NCBI GenBank assembly: GCA_004764695.1 | Contig: SMSO01000014.1 | Location: 1,235,648 to 1,299,647 of the forward strand | Direction: 5' to 3' | Length of the DNA: 64,000 nucleotides | Source of the DNA: Schizochytrium sp. TIO01 | Lineage: Eukaryota > Protista > Bigyra: Labyrinthulomycetes | Part shown: one piece after another, positions 1-10,084 of the stretch | Numbering within the stretch: the first letter of the stretch is position 1 | Layout of the letters: the number at the start of each line of letters is the position of its first letter | Notes under the pieces: generated by a model | The model's database searches: none | What the model was told of the DNA's origin: nothing | What the model saw: only the letters and a program-made list of their open reading frames with translations | Translations under genes and position numbers: made by a program

Positions 1-1
1 T

Positions 2-805
2 AACCATGTGCAGGAGAGCCAGCTTTTGCCTCGCCACATCAATATTGTTAATCGCATTCGAGACACTGTATACGACCTTCCCTTTCGTAAAATGTGGATG
101 GCTGAGCGCGAAATGCTCGAAGGAGGAAATCAAACAAAGTACATTGAAGAATGCATCGCTCGGCAAGAGCCATGGACAAAGGTTCTGCGTCTTGCTTGTT
201 TGCAATCTCTAGTTTTGAATGGTTTCTCACAAAGTGCATTAGATAACTTGCGACGGAGCATTGTGCAAACCTATGGATTCGAGCTCTTATTTACGTTGGA
301 GAATCTTGAAAAGCTTGGTATGCTAAAGAAGCGAGGGGCCATGAGTGCTTGGCCTTCGCTTGTCTCAACATTCCGTCTCATTCCTTCTGGCGTTAATGTC
401 GGAGAACCGGATGATGTGGCGTATGTTACCTCTGGCTATGCTCCTCTGAGTGTTCGCCTTGTAGAGCTTGCGATCCACCCCGGATGGGAGAAGTCGAAGG
501 ATATAATGAAGCGCTTGCCTGGCCGTACAATTTATAAAGTTAAACAACCTGGTGTGCGCTTTCCGCCTGATGGTCAAGCAGGGTCGTCCGGCACAGAAGG
601 AATTCGGTCTACTTTTAAGAAGAAGAAAGTTATGCTGGTTTTCTTCACAGGTGGTGTTACATTTGCGGAGATTTCTGCACTCCGTTTTGTATCTCGCCAA
701 GATGATTGCCCATACCATTTAATTATTGCTTCAACAGCATTCATTAATGACAAGTCGTTCTTGCAGTCCCTCGTCCATGACATTGATAACACCATGCAGC
801 GCTAA
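2..805 (+). CDS. VPS33: VPS33 (Sec1/Munc18 family), C-terminal part, 5'-truncated by window edge
   Basis: KVLRLACLQS, IVQTYG, YVTSGYAPLSVRLVE and VFFTGGVTFAEISALRF are VPS33/Sec1 hallmarks; frame is open from window start. Confidence 0.93.
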   Translation, partial: NHVQESQLLPRHINIVNRIRDTVYDLPFRKMWMAEREMLEGGNQTKYIEECIARQEPWTKVLRLACLQSLVLNGFSQSALDNLRRSIVQTYGFELLFTLENLEKLGMLKKRGAMSAWPSLVSTFRLIPSGVNVGEPDDVAYVTSGYAPLSVRLVELAIHPGWEKSKDIMKRLPGRTIYKVKQPGVRFPPDGQAGSSGTEGIRSTFKKKKVMLVFFTGGVTFAEISALRFVSRQDDCPYHLIIASTAFINDKSFLQSLVHDIDNTMQR

Positions 806-1186
806 AAATCTTAAGTTAGATTTCTATTTCTTTAGGTTATTCCCCTTGTCAAACTATTGATGTATCTAAAATTGAGAAAATATATCCACAGCAATGCAGA
901 TATACGCATGAAAGCTAACAGCAAATTATTTAGGAAGATGGAGTAGTTGAGCCGAGTAAAATCCTTGAAAGCCATCGAGTTTCTCTATTCTGTTGACTAC
1001 AATACGTAGGAACATAAAAGTTCGTTCTGATTTAAATACTGTGCCGAGAGTATTATATTATTGTCAGAGTAGCAGAGGCGGTGCGAAGCAAATACGAACT
1101 AAACGAGGCTAAAAACGTACACAATTCCTTTGAAAAGTAAGTTTACTTAAATGGGCTATTTCGTAGTTATAATGTTACTCATCTTT

Positions 1187-2524
1187 TTAAATGGCAGGAT
1201 TTCTATGCATATACGGGAGGTTATACGTTGCATCCTTCTTGGTCAATCGAGTGCCCCCGTCCTCCTGAATAGCCACGATACGAGGTGGGGGTACAGCTGC
1301 GATTTCAGCATCTTCTTCAACTGTAACCTCTTCAATCCTTCGGAGTGTGGATTGGCTTGCATCTCCGCCAAGCCGTTCAGCAATCTTTGCAATTGATCGT
1401 GCAGAGTGAATCTGCTTAAGACTTTTCACAGAAGAAGCTGAAAGAATGGATCGTGCCGAAGCAACGCTAACGACCTCATCAACATCAACCCCATTGAGAT
1501 CTGCACGCGTACTTGAGTTCCATTCCGCAACCTTTTCTTCCGCTGCCTGTCGTCGTGCGCGCCATTCCTCACGTATATCAGCGGCGTTTTTGCGAATAAT
1601 ACCAGAACCTCCTGCTGTGAGAAAATCTCGCAATTCTGTTGTAGTTACACTTGCGAGATCGTCCCTATCATACACGTAAGCATGATTTTCACCTTCGCTA
1701 AGTAGATCAGAGCTCTCAGAAAGTTTAGTTTCATCATTGCGTTTCACACGGTCGACTCGAGATTTTGCCGCTTTGAGTGCTGCTCGAACTTCAAGATCAT
1801 TAATGAAGGTGTCAAAATCAAGCTCCATCGCAAAATTCAAAAGGTCTTCAGCTTCGTAATCCTCAAGCTCCTCGACGGCATCCTTAGTCAGAGCCCATTT
1901 GGGTCTGCTCTTTAAGGTTGTTTTCGATCTGCGAGCAGGAATCTCCGCAGACTTCGACTCATGCTGGCTTTTTTCCTCTTCCACTTCTTGCATTTCAGTC
2001 TCAGAGTGATTGTTACGAGCCAAGTGGCCATCAAATTCGAACTTTTGCTCAAATATGTCTTGGTCCTCAAATTCCGGACCTCTGCTAGTGTCTTCTTGCT
2101 CTTTCGTTTCTGATTGGTTATCAGCTCCACGAGGATTGTAGTCTTCACCACGGCGAGCCTTTACTACGCTTTCACGACGAATGCGCCACTTTTCACGTGC
2201 AGCTGCTCGCCGACGCTCTTTGTCCTCTGCTTCACGTTCAATTTCTTCCTGAATAGATACCTTTTGCTTCTGAAGATCAGCAAGAAAACGTCGGTGCTTT
2301 GAGAGTGCTGTATCCTTTTTGCTGCGCTCTACCACAACATTAGGCGGATGACGAATTGGGTTAAGGCCGATTTTTTCAGAAATTCCACATGAAGATTTGA
2401 ATGGTGGAATCGAATTGGTGCTTGTCTTGTATGCTTTCTTAGCTGCACTAGAGACTCCTCCAAATGGCCGATTGCACAGCATCACACCCTTATAGTTGCC
2501 AATAGAGACGCCATTGTCATCCAT
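1187..2524 (-). CDS. Conserved uncharacterised protist protein
   Basis: Long ORF (first ATG 2524) with conserved-looking blocks SIGNYKGVMLCNRP, PKWALT, LDFDTFINDLEVR and C-terminal NLPYMHRNPAI; function not recognised. Confidence 0.75.
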   Translation of the reverse strand: MDDNGVSIGNYKGVMLCNRPFGGVSSAAKKAYKTSTNSIPPFKSSCGISEKIGLNPIRHPPNVVVERSKKDTALSKHRRFLADLQKQKVSIQEEIEREAEDKERRRAAAREKWRIRRESVVKARRGEDYNPRGADNQSETKEQEDTSRGPEFEDQDIFEQKFEFDGHLARNNHSETEMQEVEEEKSQHESKSAEIPARRSKTTLKSRPKWALTKDAVEELEDYEAEDLLNFAMELDFDTFINDLEVRAALKAAKSRVDRVKRNDETKLSESSDLLSEGENHAYVYDRDDLASVTTTELRDFLTAGGSGIIRKNAADIREEWRARRQAAEEKVAEWNSSTRADLNGVDVDEVVSVASARSILSASSVKSLKQIHSARSIAKIAERLGGDASQSTLRRIEEVTVEEDAEIAAVPPPRIVAIQEDGGTRLTKKDATYNLPYMHRNPAI

Positions 2525-3291
2525 GGTGTTGTGGAGCACACTCTCCAAAAATATCTGCAAAGATGAGACACAAGTCGAACCACGTGCTTAACGAGAGTGT
2601 TGAAGCTTACACCAACCTAACTTTCCCCTGTAGCTTCTCCTAGTTGCAAGGATTGCTTACTTGGCGTGTTCCAGAGTATTTGAATGCCCCTTTCTACAAA
2701 TACAAACCCTTCTTGATATCAAGGTTGGCAGCAACAGCCCTGCGTGCTCTTAGCGAAGTATTGCTTAAATCTCACCTTTGATCCCTTGGCACGAAGCCAC
2801 ACCACCCCACGCTGCGCCAGCAATTGGCCATGCAGTGCCAGCCGGCACGCGCTGTGATGCTAGGCAATTAAACCACGCCTTTTTTTGTCACGCTGAGCTT
2901 TCAAAGGCCACCTGGGGTTCTCACTATTCAATTGTCGGAGAACACATATGTGTTTCTACACTGGTACGCTCACCTCCAGTTTGCTGAGAACGTCACATAC
3001 GTTCCCAGATCCCGCACAAGTACGAGAAGTTGGTGTGTTCTTACTACGTTCCATTCATGGCTTTGGCCGTATTGCATCTTCAATAGTGAGCTCCTTCTCT
3101 TCTTTTACATGTACGTATATGCGCATTGAGATATTTTTTCACTCATGTATTTACGTATCAGCGACTTTTAGTTTTATCCAAAACCCAAGTGTGCGCTGTA
3201 CCGGATCTCTCGAGAACTGGAGCCCATGGAACCCGGATTTCCGAGATTATAGATAAAGAACCAATGAAGAACTTTCGCAGAACTTATCTCT

Positions 3292-3355
3292 CTTAGTAAT
3301 TTAACTACAAAAATTGCAAAACTGCATCTCATAGAAAGGGCTAAGACCCCATCGC
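3292..3355 (-). ncRNA. Diverged inverted copy of the Fanzor omegaRNA 3' region / element end
   Basis: Minus strand GCGATGGGGTCTTAGCCCT...ATGCAGTTTTGCAATTTTTGTAGTTAAATTACTAAG aligns with plus strand 5301-5374 GCGATTGGGCCTTGGCCCT...ATGCAAGTTTTGTAAATTTTATAGGTTAAATTCTAAG. Confidence 0.55.
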
Positions 3356-4019
3356 AGACTAACTTATCTCTGTACTTATAGAACTTTATAACCTAGCGAC
3401 TATTCTTCGTATATATGATGTATTATGATTATAATTATTTCGGTCTTTGCAAAGAAGTGGAAGGCTAGGTAAGAAAATGGCACGGCGAAGGAACCACTAA
3501 GCTCCAAACATTACAAGTGAAGCAAACCTACAATACAAGCCAGCAAAGTTCTTCAACTAGACGTTTGGCGTCTTAGCAAGTACTCTTTGGGTGCCTCTCT
3601 AGAGGCAGTTCCATGTACGCAAGTGACGTCGTTGAGTATATCTATGACTGTACTCCCATTATCTACATCGCAGTGGCCTCCCCCAAACAATAAGAGAATC
3701 TCAAATGCTAGATTGGTGACTTCCAACGCGCCTATCCAGACGCCTCCGCCTCTACGCGTACATTGGTGGCGGGGTCGACTTCAAAAGGCCGGGCTTGCGT
3801 GTCCTAAAACCTGGACACATGTGACAGCGGCGGAGTCTGGCAGGTTGTAGTCATACACCGCAACCTCCTTGAGCATCTTCTTCAAAGAAGAAATGCCAAA
3901 CTCGTAGTACACTGCCGAAGTGCACACGCCGGAGACTCCAACACCTTCACCAAAAAGCTCCTTGGCACCATCATCACCTTTGAGGCATCATATCATAGAA
4001 AACACGCCGCGCAAAATAG

Positions 4020-5263
4020 ATGGCTACGACACAGCGAGAAAAGAAGAGAGCGCGCGTGAAGGCACACAAGATAACCATAAAGAAGTATAATTTAGTTCGG
4101 GCTAAGAAGATTCGTGTTGATTCAATGAAAGATCAGCACACTCGACTTAAAAAAATGTTTGGCTTTACCAGAAGAGCTTACAAATTGGTGTTGCCTTTCG
4201 TTATAATTTGTCCAAAGATAAAGACGAAGTCGTGGCCCTGCTTCAAAATGCATGAACTACGCAGGATCCTAGAACGAAGCAAGTACTGAAAGACGAAGAA
4301 GGCAATCCTAAAATGGTCGGCGATAGCTATGGAGAAAAGAAAGCAGTGCGCCTTCAAGAAAGAACGGACGCTACTAAATGGGTCTTCGAAGTACCACAAG
4401 CTGTGTGAGATTCAGAAATTATGGACTTTTCCAAAACCCTTGATGCTGGTTGAGTCAAAAACAAGCAATTAGCCCTTTAAAAGGGACTTGACATTTGCTC
4501 TTCTTACAAACTTCGTACAAAGCGTGATAAAACCCAGATTTTCGAGGTCGGCTCACGCCACTGGAGTAGTAGGAATAGCAAAACCGCAAATTGCCTAGGT
4601 CACGTTTACTTCTGCATTTTCCATGAAGGAAATGCCACGGTCAGAAGATAAGGCTCCCAATGCGCACCATTGTACCATATCCTTGGACCCAGGAGTACGT
4701 TGATTTCATATCATATACGATGCTGATGGCAGAGCCATTGAGTGGAGCACAAGGGGAAGATAAAAAAACCATATTCTTTCTCAATCGCCGCGCCGACAAA
4801 ATCCAAGGCAAAATGGCTCGAAAGAAAATCGGCAAAACTGCCTTGAGACTTGCATGCCTACGCGCACTCCTCAAAATCAAGAACAAGGCCCCCGAGATTC
4901 ACCGCAAGCTTGCACTTTGGCTTTGTGAAAACTACTGTGTCATCCTTTTGCCTAAATTTGAAACCTCCCTTCCAGATGGTCAACAAGACGAATCAAAGCA
5001 AGACAGTTCGAATGATTTGTCGTTGGGGCCACTTTAGTTTCCGTCAAACGTTCATTCGCAAAGCCAAGTTTTTCCCCTGGTGTGAACTTTATATTTGCCA
5101 AGAGGATTACACTCTAAAAACATGTAATGAATGTGGTACCATCCTCACCAAGCTCGGAACATCCAAGGTTTTCCAATGCCCCAAATGCAAGCACGTAGTC
5201 GATCGGGATATGCACGCCGCCAGAGACATCCATTTGCGCTACCTATCCAAGGACATGATTTAA
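4020..5263 (+). pseudogene. Fanzor2 / IS607 TnpB-like RNA-guided nuclease pseudogene
   Basis: N-terminal RAKKIRV..QHTRLKKMFG..RRAY; WVFEVPQAV*D (TGA 4406); RuvC-I SLDPGVR*F (D 4686, TGA 4701); IHRKLALWLCENYCVILLPKFET; QEDYTLKT then CNEC...CPKC zinc finger; RuvC-III DRDMHAARDI; several stops and frameshifts. Confidence 0.92.
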
Positions 5264-5395
5264 GAATTGTCTTTGAGTCGCGATATAGTTTTTACAACCC
5301 GCGATTGGGCCTTGGCCCTATTTTGTTACCATCGGAAATGCAAGTTTTGTAAATTTTATAGGTTAAATTCTAAGTGTTCATCATGTTTTCACTAC
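5264..5395 (+). ncRNA. Candidate Fanzor omegaRNA (scaffold ending ~5374, then putative guide)
   Basis: Directly 3' of the Fanzor stop; TCGCG/CGCGA pairing potential and GGGC-CTTG-GCCC hairpin; boundary inferred from where homology with the inverted copy ends. Confidence 0.55.
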
Positions 5396-5890
5396 TTGTT
5401 TACTTACTCATAGTCAACAACCTAGAGTCCGAATCAACTAGCGAATCAACCGATTTCAAGATGAATCAATGAGCGAATCAAACTCGATACAAATATGTTC
5501 CACCCAAACGCATAGGTCAGCACAGAGTGGCATCAATCAGTTCATGGTGTGATAAATATCCACTGTTTGTACAGCTCCTCCTCCCCTCGTGTGCCATCGG
5601 ATCGGCCCAGTGGATCACGCATTGGATCAACCATTCTACTATCATGCATCTATGAATGAGATCGATGATACGCGAAATCCAATAACCTATTTGCAATTTC
5701 CCTCTGCAAGTGGAGAAAGCCCCTCCGCAAGTACATCATATCCACAACAAGTGGAGCAAACCTCCGGAGAAGTAGGTTAAAGGGATTTAAAACCAACCAA
5801 ACAACTTCTCAGAGTTTGTAATAAAGTAAAGGGAGAAGAAGAAGACAGAGAAGACAAAGAGAGAGGTAAAATAATTAAAAATCAATTGAG

Positions 5891-5931
5891 TGAATGAATG
5901 AATGAATGAATGAATGAATGAATGAATGAAT
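5891..5931 (+). repeat. (TGAA)10 microsatellite
   Basis: Perfect tetranucleotide run. Confidence 0.95.
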
Positions 5932-6068
5932 AAGTCAATGAATGAATCAATGGGATAAAAAAATTGGCAAAACAGTCAATCACTCAACGAGCGCCCTTCC
6001 GTCTCGGTCGGACGCCTCTCCGCCTGCCGCTGCTCGCGCTGCCTCCGCCGCTGCCGCCTGCCGCCGCA

Positions 6069-8192
6069 ATGAAGAAGTCGAGGCCAGACTTCGCGGGCGA
6101 CGTCTCCCAGGGCACGCGCCAGCCCGGCCGGAGCCGCACGGAGGGTACGGACTCCATCTCGTGGCTGCTGGGCCCTCTGGTCTCTCCGGAGCACTTCATC
6201 GAGAGCGTCTGGCAGAAGGAGGCGCTTCACGTGTCCCGCGTGGACCTCGCTGCCAAGGAGGACGAGGAAGCACAGGCGGTTGAGGACGCACGCGCCGCCG
6301 CCTCCTCCTCCGCCGCAGCCTTTGCCGCGTCCGCCGCAGGAGGCTCGGCGTCCACGGCGACGTCCTCTGGTGCCTTCAGGCGCGGCAGCCGCAAGCGCAA
6401 GGGGAAAAGGGCTGTACAGTCTGCGCAGAGTTTTCAGAACACAAATTCAAAGGCTGGCGCAGAAGACGATGAGGACGGAGAGCACAAGCTCCCGGACGAC
6501 CTTGCGTCAAGATTGTTTAGCGTGGAGGATTTAATTGCACTGGTGAAGACGAATGAGTTTGTGTATGGAAGGGACCTGAATGTTGTGACGTGTGCAGATG
6601 GGAAGACCAAAGAGGTGGTCCACGAGGAAGGAGCGCCAGTGACGGAGAAGTCTATGAGGGCACACCTGAGGTCGTCCACGGTGCAGTTCTTTCAACCACA
6701 GAGGTATGTAAACGCGCTGTGGAAGCATATGGCAAGCTTAGAGGCGGATTTCGACGCTCTATGGGGAGCGAACGTGTACATCACGCCGCCATTGACGCAA
6801 GGACTCGCTCCTCATTACGATGATGTAGATGTCTTTGTGTTGCAGTGTGCTGGGGAGAAACGCTGGTTTGTGCACGATGCAGCAGAACCCTATCAAGTTC
6901 TGGCCATGGAGTACTCTGAGGATCTCCAGCGTCTTGGAAAGAAGCGTATGGAGGTCGTTCTACGCCCAGGTGACCTGCTCTACCTTCCCCGAGGAACGAC
7001 GCACTATGCCAAGGCGGAAGGCAATGAACACTCCGTCCACATCACACTTTCCACGCACCAGAACCTCACATACTACAACTTCCTCGAGTCTGCTTTCTCC
7101 AAGATTCTCGACGCTGCTGCATCTTCAGAAGTTAAATTTCGCCGTGGTCTCCCCGTAGGATATCTCGGGGGCAACGGCACGCTGGGCAAGGCTAACTGCA
7201 TCGGCCCTGGCCGTAAGATGCTCTCAATGTCCTCTGAGCTGCTGCACTGGATTGCAGACGAAATGGCGAACGCAGACCCTAACGAAAGTGGCAGCGTCGC
7301 AGAAGCCTTCCACGAAACGGTGGACGACTTTGCAGCCGACTTCATGATGGGTCGTCTCCCACCATTTGCGCAAACTGCCAGGGAAAATCCGCCTGTGGTT
7401 CTTCGGCTCACGGATAAGGTCCGTGTGTTGGACCCTCGTTATATTCTCGCACGCATCATTGATCCTGAAGACGATCAGGAGGGAAGTGGAGATGAAGAAG
7501 ACGGCGAGGAAGATGAAGAAGACATGGAGATGGGGGGAGACGACGAAGAGCAGACTGAGAGTAAAACTGCATCAACGGAGCCTGCTGTGACGGCAACCAC
7601 GGCCGCGAGCAATGGGGCAGCTGAGGCTTCAGAAACAGCCACGACCGCAGCAGCCAATGGAACCAACGCTCCTCAGCAGCAAACTGAAGGCAACGCAGAA
7701 GTAGGCCCCTCCGCTGGTGGTGAGGATGAGGGCGAGGAAGACGACGCAACACACACGAATGGAAACGGTCACAACACCAGGGATAATGAAGATGATGAGG
7801 AAGCATCAGATGGAGACGAAAACGCAGATGATGAAGAAGAAGATGATGATGAGGAAGGCGAAGATGATGATGAGGAGGACGAAGATGACGAACATGTCTT
7901 ACGTGTGTACTTTTCTCACGCTAACCGTCGCGAGGACCATATGGGCGCGCCAGTGCCTCTCTCAAAGGATCAGTTTCTTGATGTGCCATCAAACTCTGGA
8001 ATGCAGGAACTTTTGGGAAAGTTGTTCGCTGCTTACCCCTCTTCAGTGGCTGTAAAAGATCTCTTGAAAGATCCCGAGACAGCTCTCAAGCTGTCACAGT
8101 CACTTTTGGACCGCGGTGCGGTTGTGGTGCAGAACCGTGCATCTCAGGGATCTTCATCATCCTCATCTACGGCCTCTTCCTCATCCACATAA
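6069..8192 (+). CDS. NO66/RIOX1-MINA family JmjC (cupin_4) oxygenase with long acidic insertion
   Basis: GANVYITPP..QGLAPHYDDVDVFVLQ.AGEKRW and LRPGDLLYLPRGTTH (HxD...H iron ligands); first ATG 6069. Confidence 0.9.
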   Translation: MKKSRPDFAGDVSQGTRQPGRSRTEGTDSISWLLGPLVSPEHFIESVWQKEALHVSRVDLAAKEDEEAQAVEDARAAASSSAAAFAASAAGGSASTATSSGAFRRGSRKRKGKRAVQSAQSFQNTNSKAGAEDDEDGEHKLPDDLASRLFSVEDLIALVKTNEFVYGRDLNVVTCADGKTKEVVHEEGAPVTEKSMRAHLRSSTVQFFQPQRYVNALWKHMASLEADFDALWGANVYITPPLTQGLAPHYDDVDVFVLQCAGEKRWFVHDAAEPYQVLAMEYSEDLQRLGKKRMEVVLRPGDLLYLPRGTTHYAKAEGNEHSVHITLSTHQNLTYYNFLESAFSKILDAAASSEVKFRRGLPVGYLGGNGTLGKANCIGPGRKMLSMSSELLHWIADEMANADPNESGSVAEAFHETVDDFAADFMMGRLPPFAQTARENPPVVLRLTDKVRVLDPRYILARIIDPEDDQEGSGDEEDGEEDEEDMEMGGDDEEQTESKTASTEPAVTATTAASNGAAEASETATTAAANGTNAPQQQTEGNAEVGPSAGGEDEGEEDDATHTNGNGHNTRDNEDDEEASDGDENADDEEEDDDEEGEDDDEEDEDDEHVLRVYFSHANRREDHMGAPVPLSKDQFLDVPSNSGMQELLGKLFAAYPSSVAVKDLLKDPETALKLSQSLLDRGAVVVQNRASQGSSSSSSTASSSST

Positions 8193-8751
8193 ACTCTTGC
8201 ATTCGGTCTGCTTACAAACAACACCCCATATCTTTACGTTATAAGAAGTATGGAATATGTAGTAATTTGCTGGAACCTAACTATTCTTTGCTTCTTTCTA
8301 GAGATTGGAAGTAGCTGCCTAGCCCAGGCGTCATTTCGCATCAATAGGTTCATTGCCGTTCATTTTACTCACTTTGACAACTTGATACAATAAAACAATT
8401 TTTAGAACTGCCTCGTTTAGTCTTCATAAATAGAAATGCCAAGTTGAGAGCTTTGTTTAGCAACTTGAGGAATGGTATTTATATCAAATCCTACCTACTA
8501 AGTTAGTTACTTGAACGAACAATACATACTAAGTAGAGCAAATATCACTAGCGCAGTAGCCGCTGCCACTTTTAGGTTGATGCGTGTCTACATTTGTGAT
8601 TATTTATATTTAGCAACGCTGACAAAATGGCATTCGCTCAAACATCAGACGAATAGCTGCAATATTAAAAAGGATGCAACAGTAGTCCAAGAAACAAGAT
8701 TTAGGAATGATGACAAAGAAGTTCTCCATGGTATATTACTAAAGCTAACAG

Positions 8752-10084
8752 TCACGAAACAGGAGAAGCAGGGTTCAGGGTCCAGTCGCTCATTTGAGAT
8801 TGGAAAACAGTTTGCAGCCTGGATCCTATGTGAAGTAGAAGCTGGGCAAAACCTTCACCAGTGACCGACCCATCTTTAACAACATCAGAGAATGTAATAT
8901 TGAGCCAGCGAAAGTTTTGCGGATAACTCAGTACAACAATTAGCCGACTACGCTGTGCACGATCATCATACCAAGCGACCGCACCTTGTGCAATCACTGA
9001 CGTGATGTGTTGAACTTTGCTGGTTGCAGTACCGTCTTCCGAGCGAGGTGCTGATGCGTTTTGATACGACCTCATGGCCTCATGCGTTGACCGTGTTGAA
9101 GTCATAGCTACAACTGTAGCTTTTGCTTTTCCAACAAAAGGATCAGACGGAGGGTTTTGCCCTGGGAGCCCTGTTTGCATAGTTGATGACGAAAGTTGTT
9201 GTGGATGAAGTTGCTGGGGTTTCTGAGGGCGTCCCGACACTTGCGGTGGAGGCAACACTAGATCCAGTACACTCTGGGGGCCTAAGAGTCGAGCGCGGCA
9301 TTAACTCATCTTTACGCTTAATAATAAAGACAACATCCTCGTCATTTGCTTTGAAAGAGACATCTGTTGGCTTATGATGCGGAGTATTCCAAGTCTTTCG
9401 ATTATACATAACTACAGTATCGTCATCAGGAACATCAACAGTCTCTAATTCAAGCGCCTTAAAGCTTAACAGCCGATCCATCTCTTCGGCACTCTGGTAA
9501 GCTTTCCAGTAGTAGTCGGCAACCTCATCGGCCTTCACGCCAGGAAACGACATGTCTAATCGTAGATTAAGACGTTTGACGTCGTCCATTCCTTGCCCCC
9601 TGCTACCAAAGAAGTTTTCGGTGACACAATGATGCAGTTGAAAATCATCCAAAGGAAAAACGTATGGCGCAGGGAGTTTAAGAGGCTTCCACGATTTAAG
9701 TGACTCTGCAACAAGTGCGTGGACATAGGATTGTGCAGCATCAGCACCTTCCCGGCATAAAACGCGCTGGCCTGCTAATGTGGAGGGTCCGGAGGCAAGT
9801 TTCATGAACGCCTGCATAAACTTTTGATGCATTTGCAACTGTAAACGTAATGCTGAATTCTCTCGAATAATGTCAACTGTTTCACTGGAGATATTATTCT
9901 GCACTTGCATTTCTAGTTGCTTGATCTTCGCCCTGAAGCTTTCGCGCTCATCCTTTAGCTGCTGATTTGTTTGGCGAAGCTGCTCAAGCTCATATTTACG
10001 TTTGAGGCGGCTTGCACGGCTCTGCTCTGCCGTGCGCTGCCGCTTCTTCTGTACCGCATCATCTTCGTCGGCATCCATGCTCAC
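8752..10084 (-). CDS. bZIP transcription factor with C-terminal globular domain (one frameshift near 9143-9300)
   Basis: KKRQRTAEQSRASRLKRK basic region plus leucine heptads; two overlapping ORFs (9143-10084 and 8752-9258) read as one gene. Confidence 0.8.

Larger units (their letters stand above)
3292..5374. mobile_element. Fanzor2-carrying element relic bounded by diverged inverted repeats
   Basis: Fanzor pseudogene lies between two inverted homologous ~65-75 bp ends (CTTAG...CTAAG); no TSD or transposase recognised. Confidence 0.5.
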
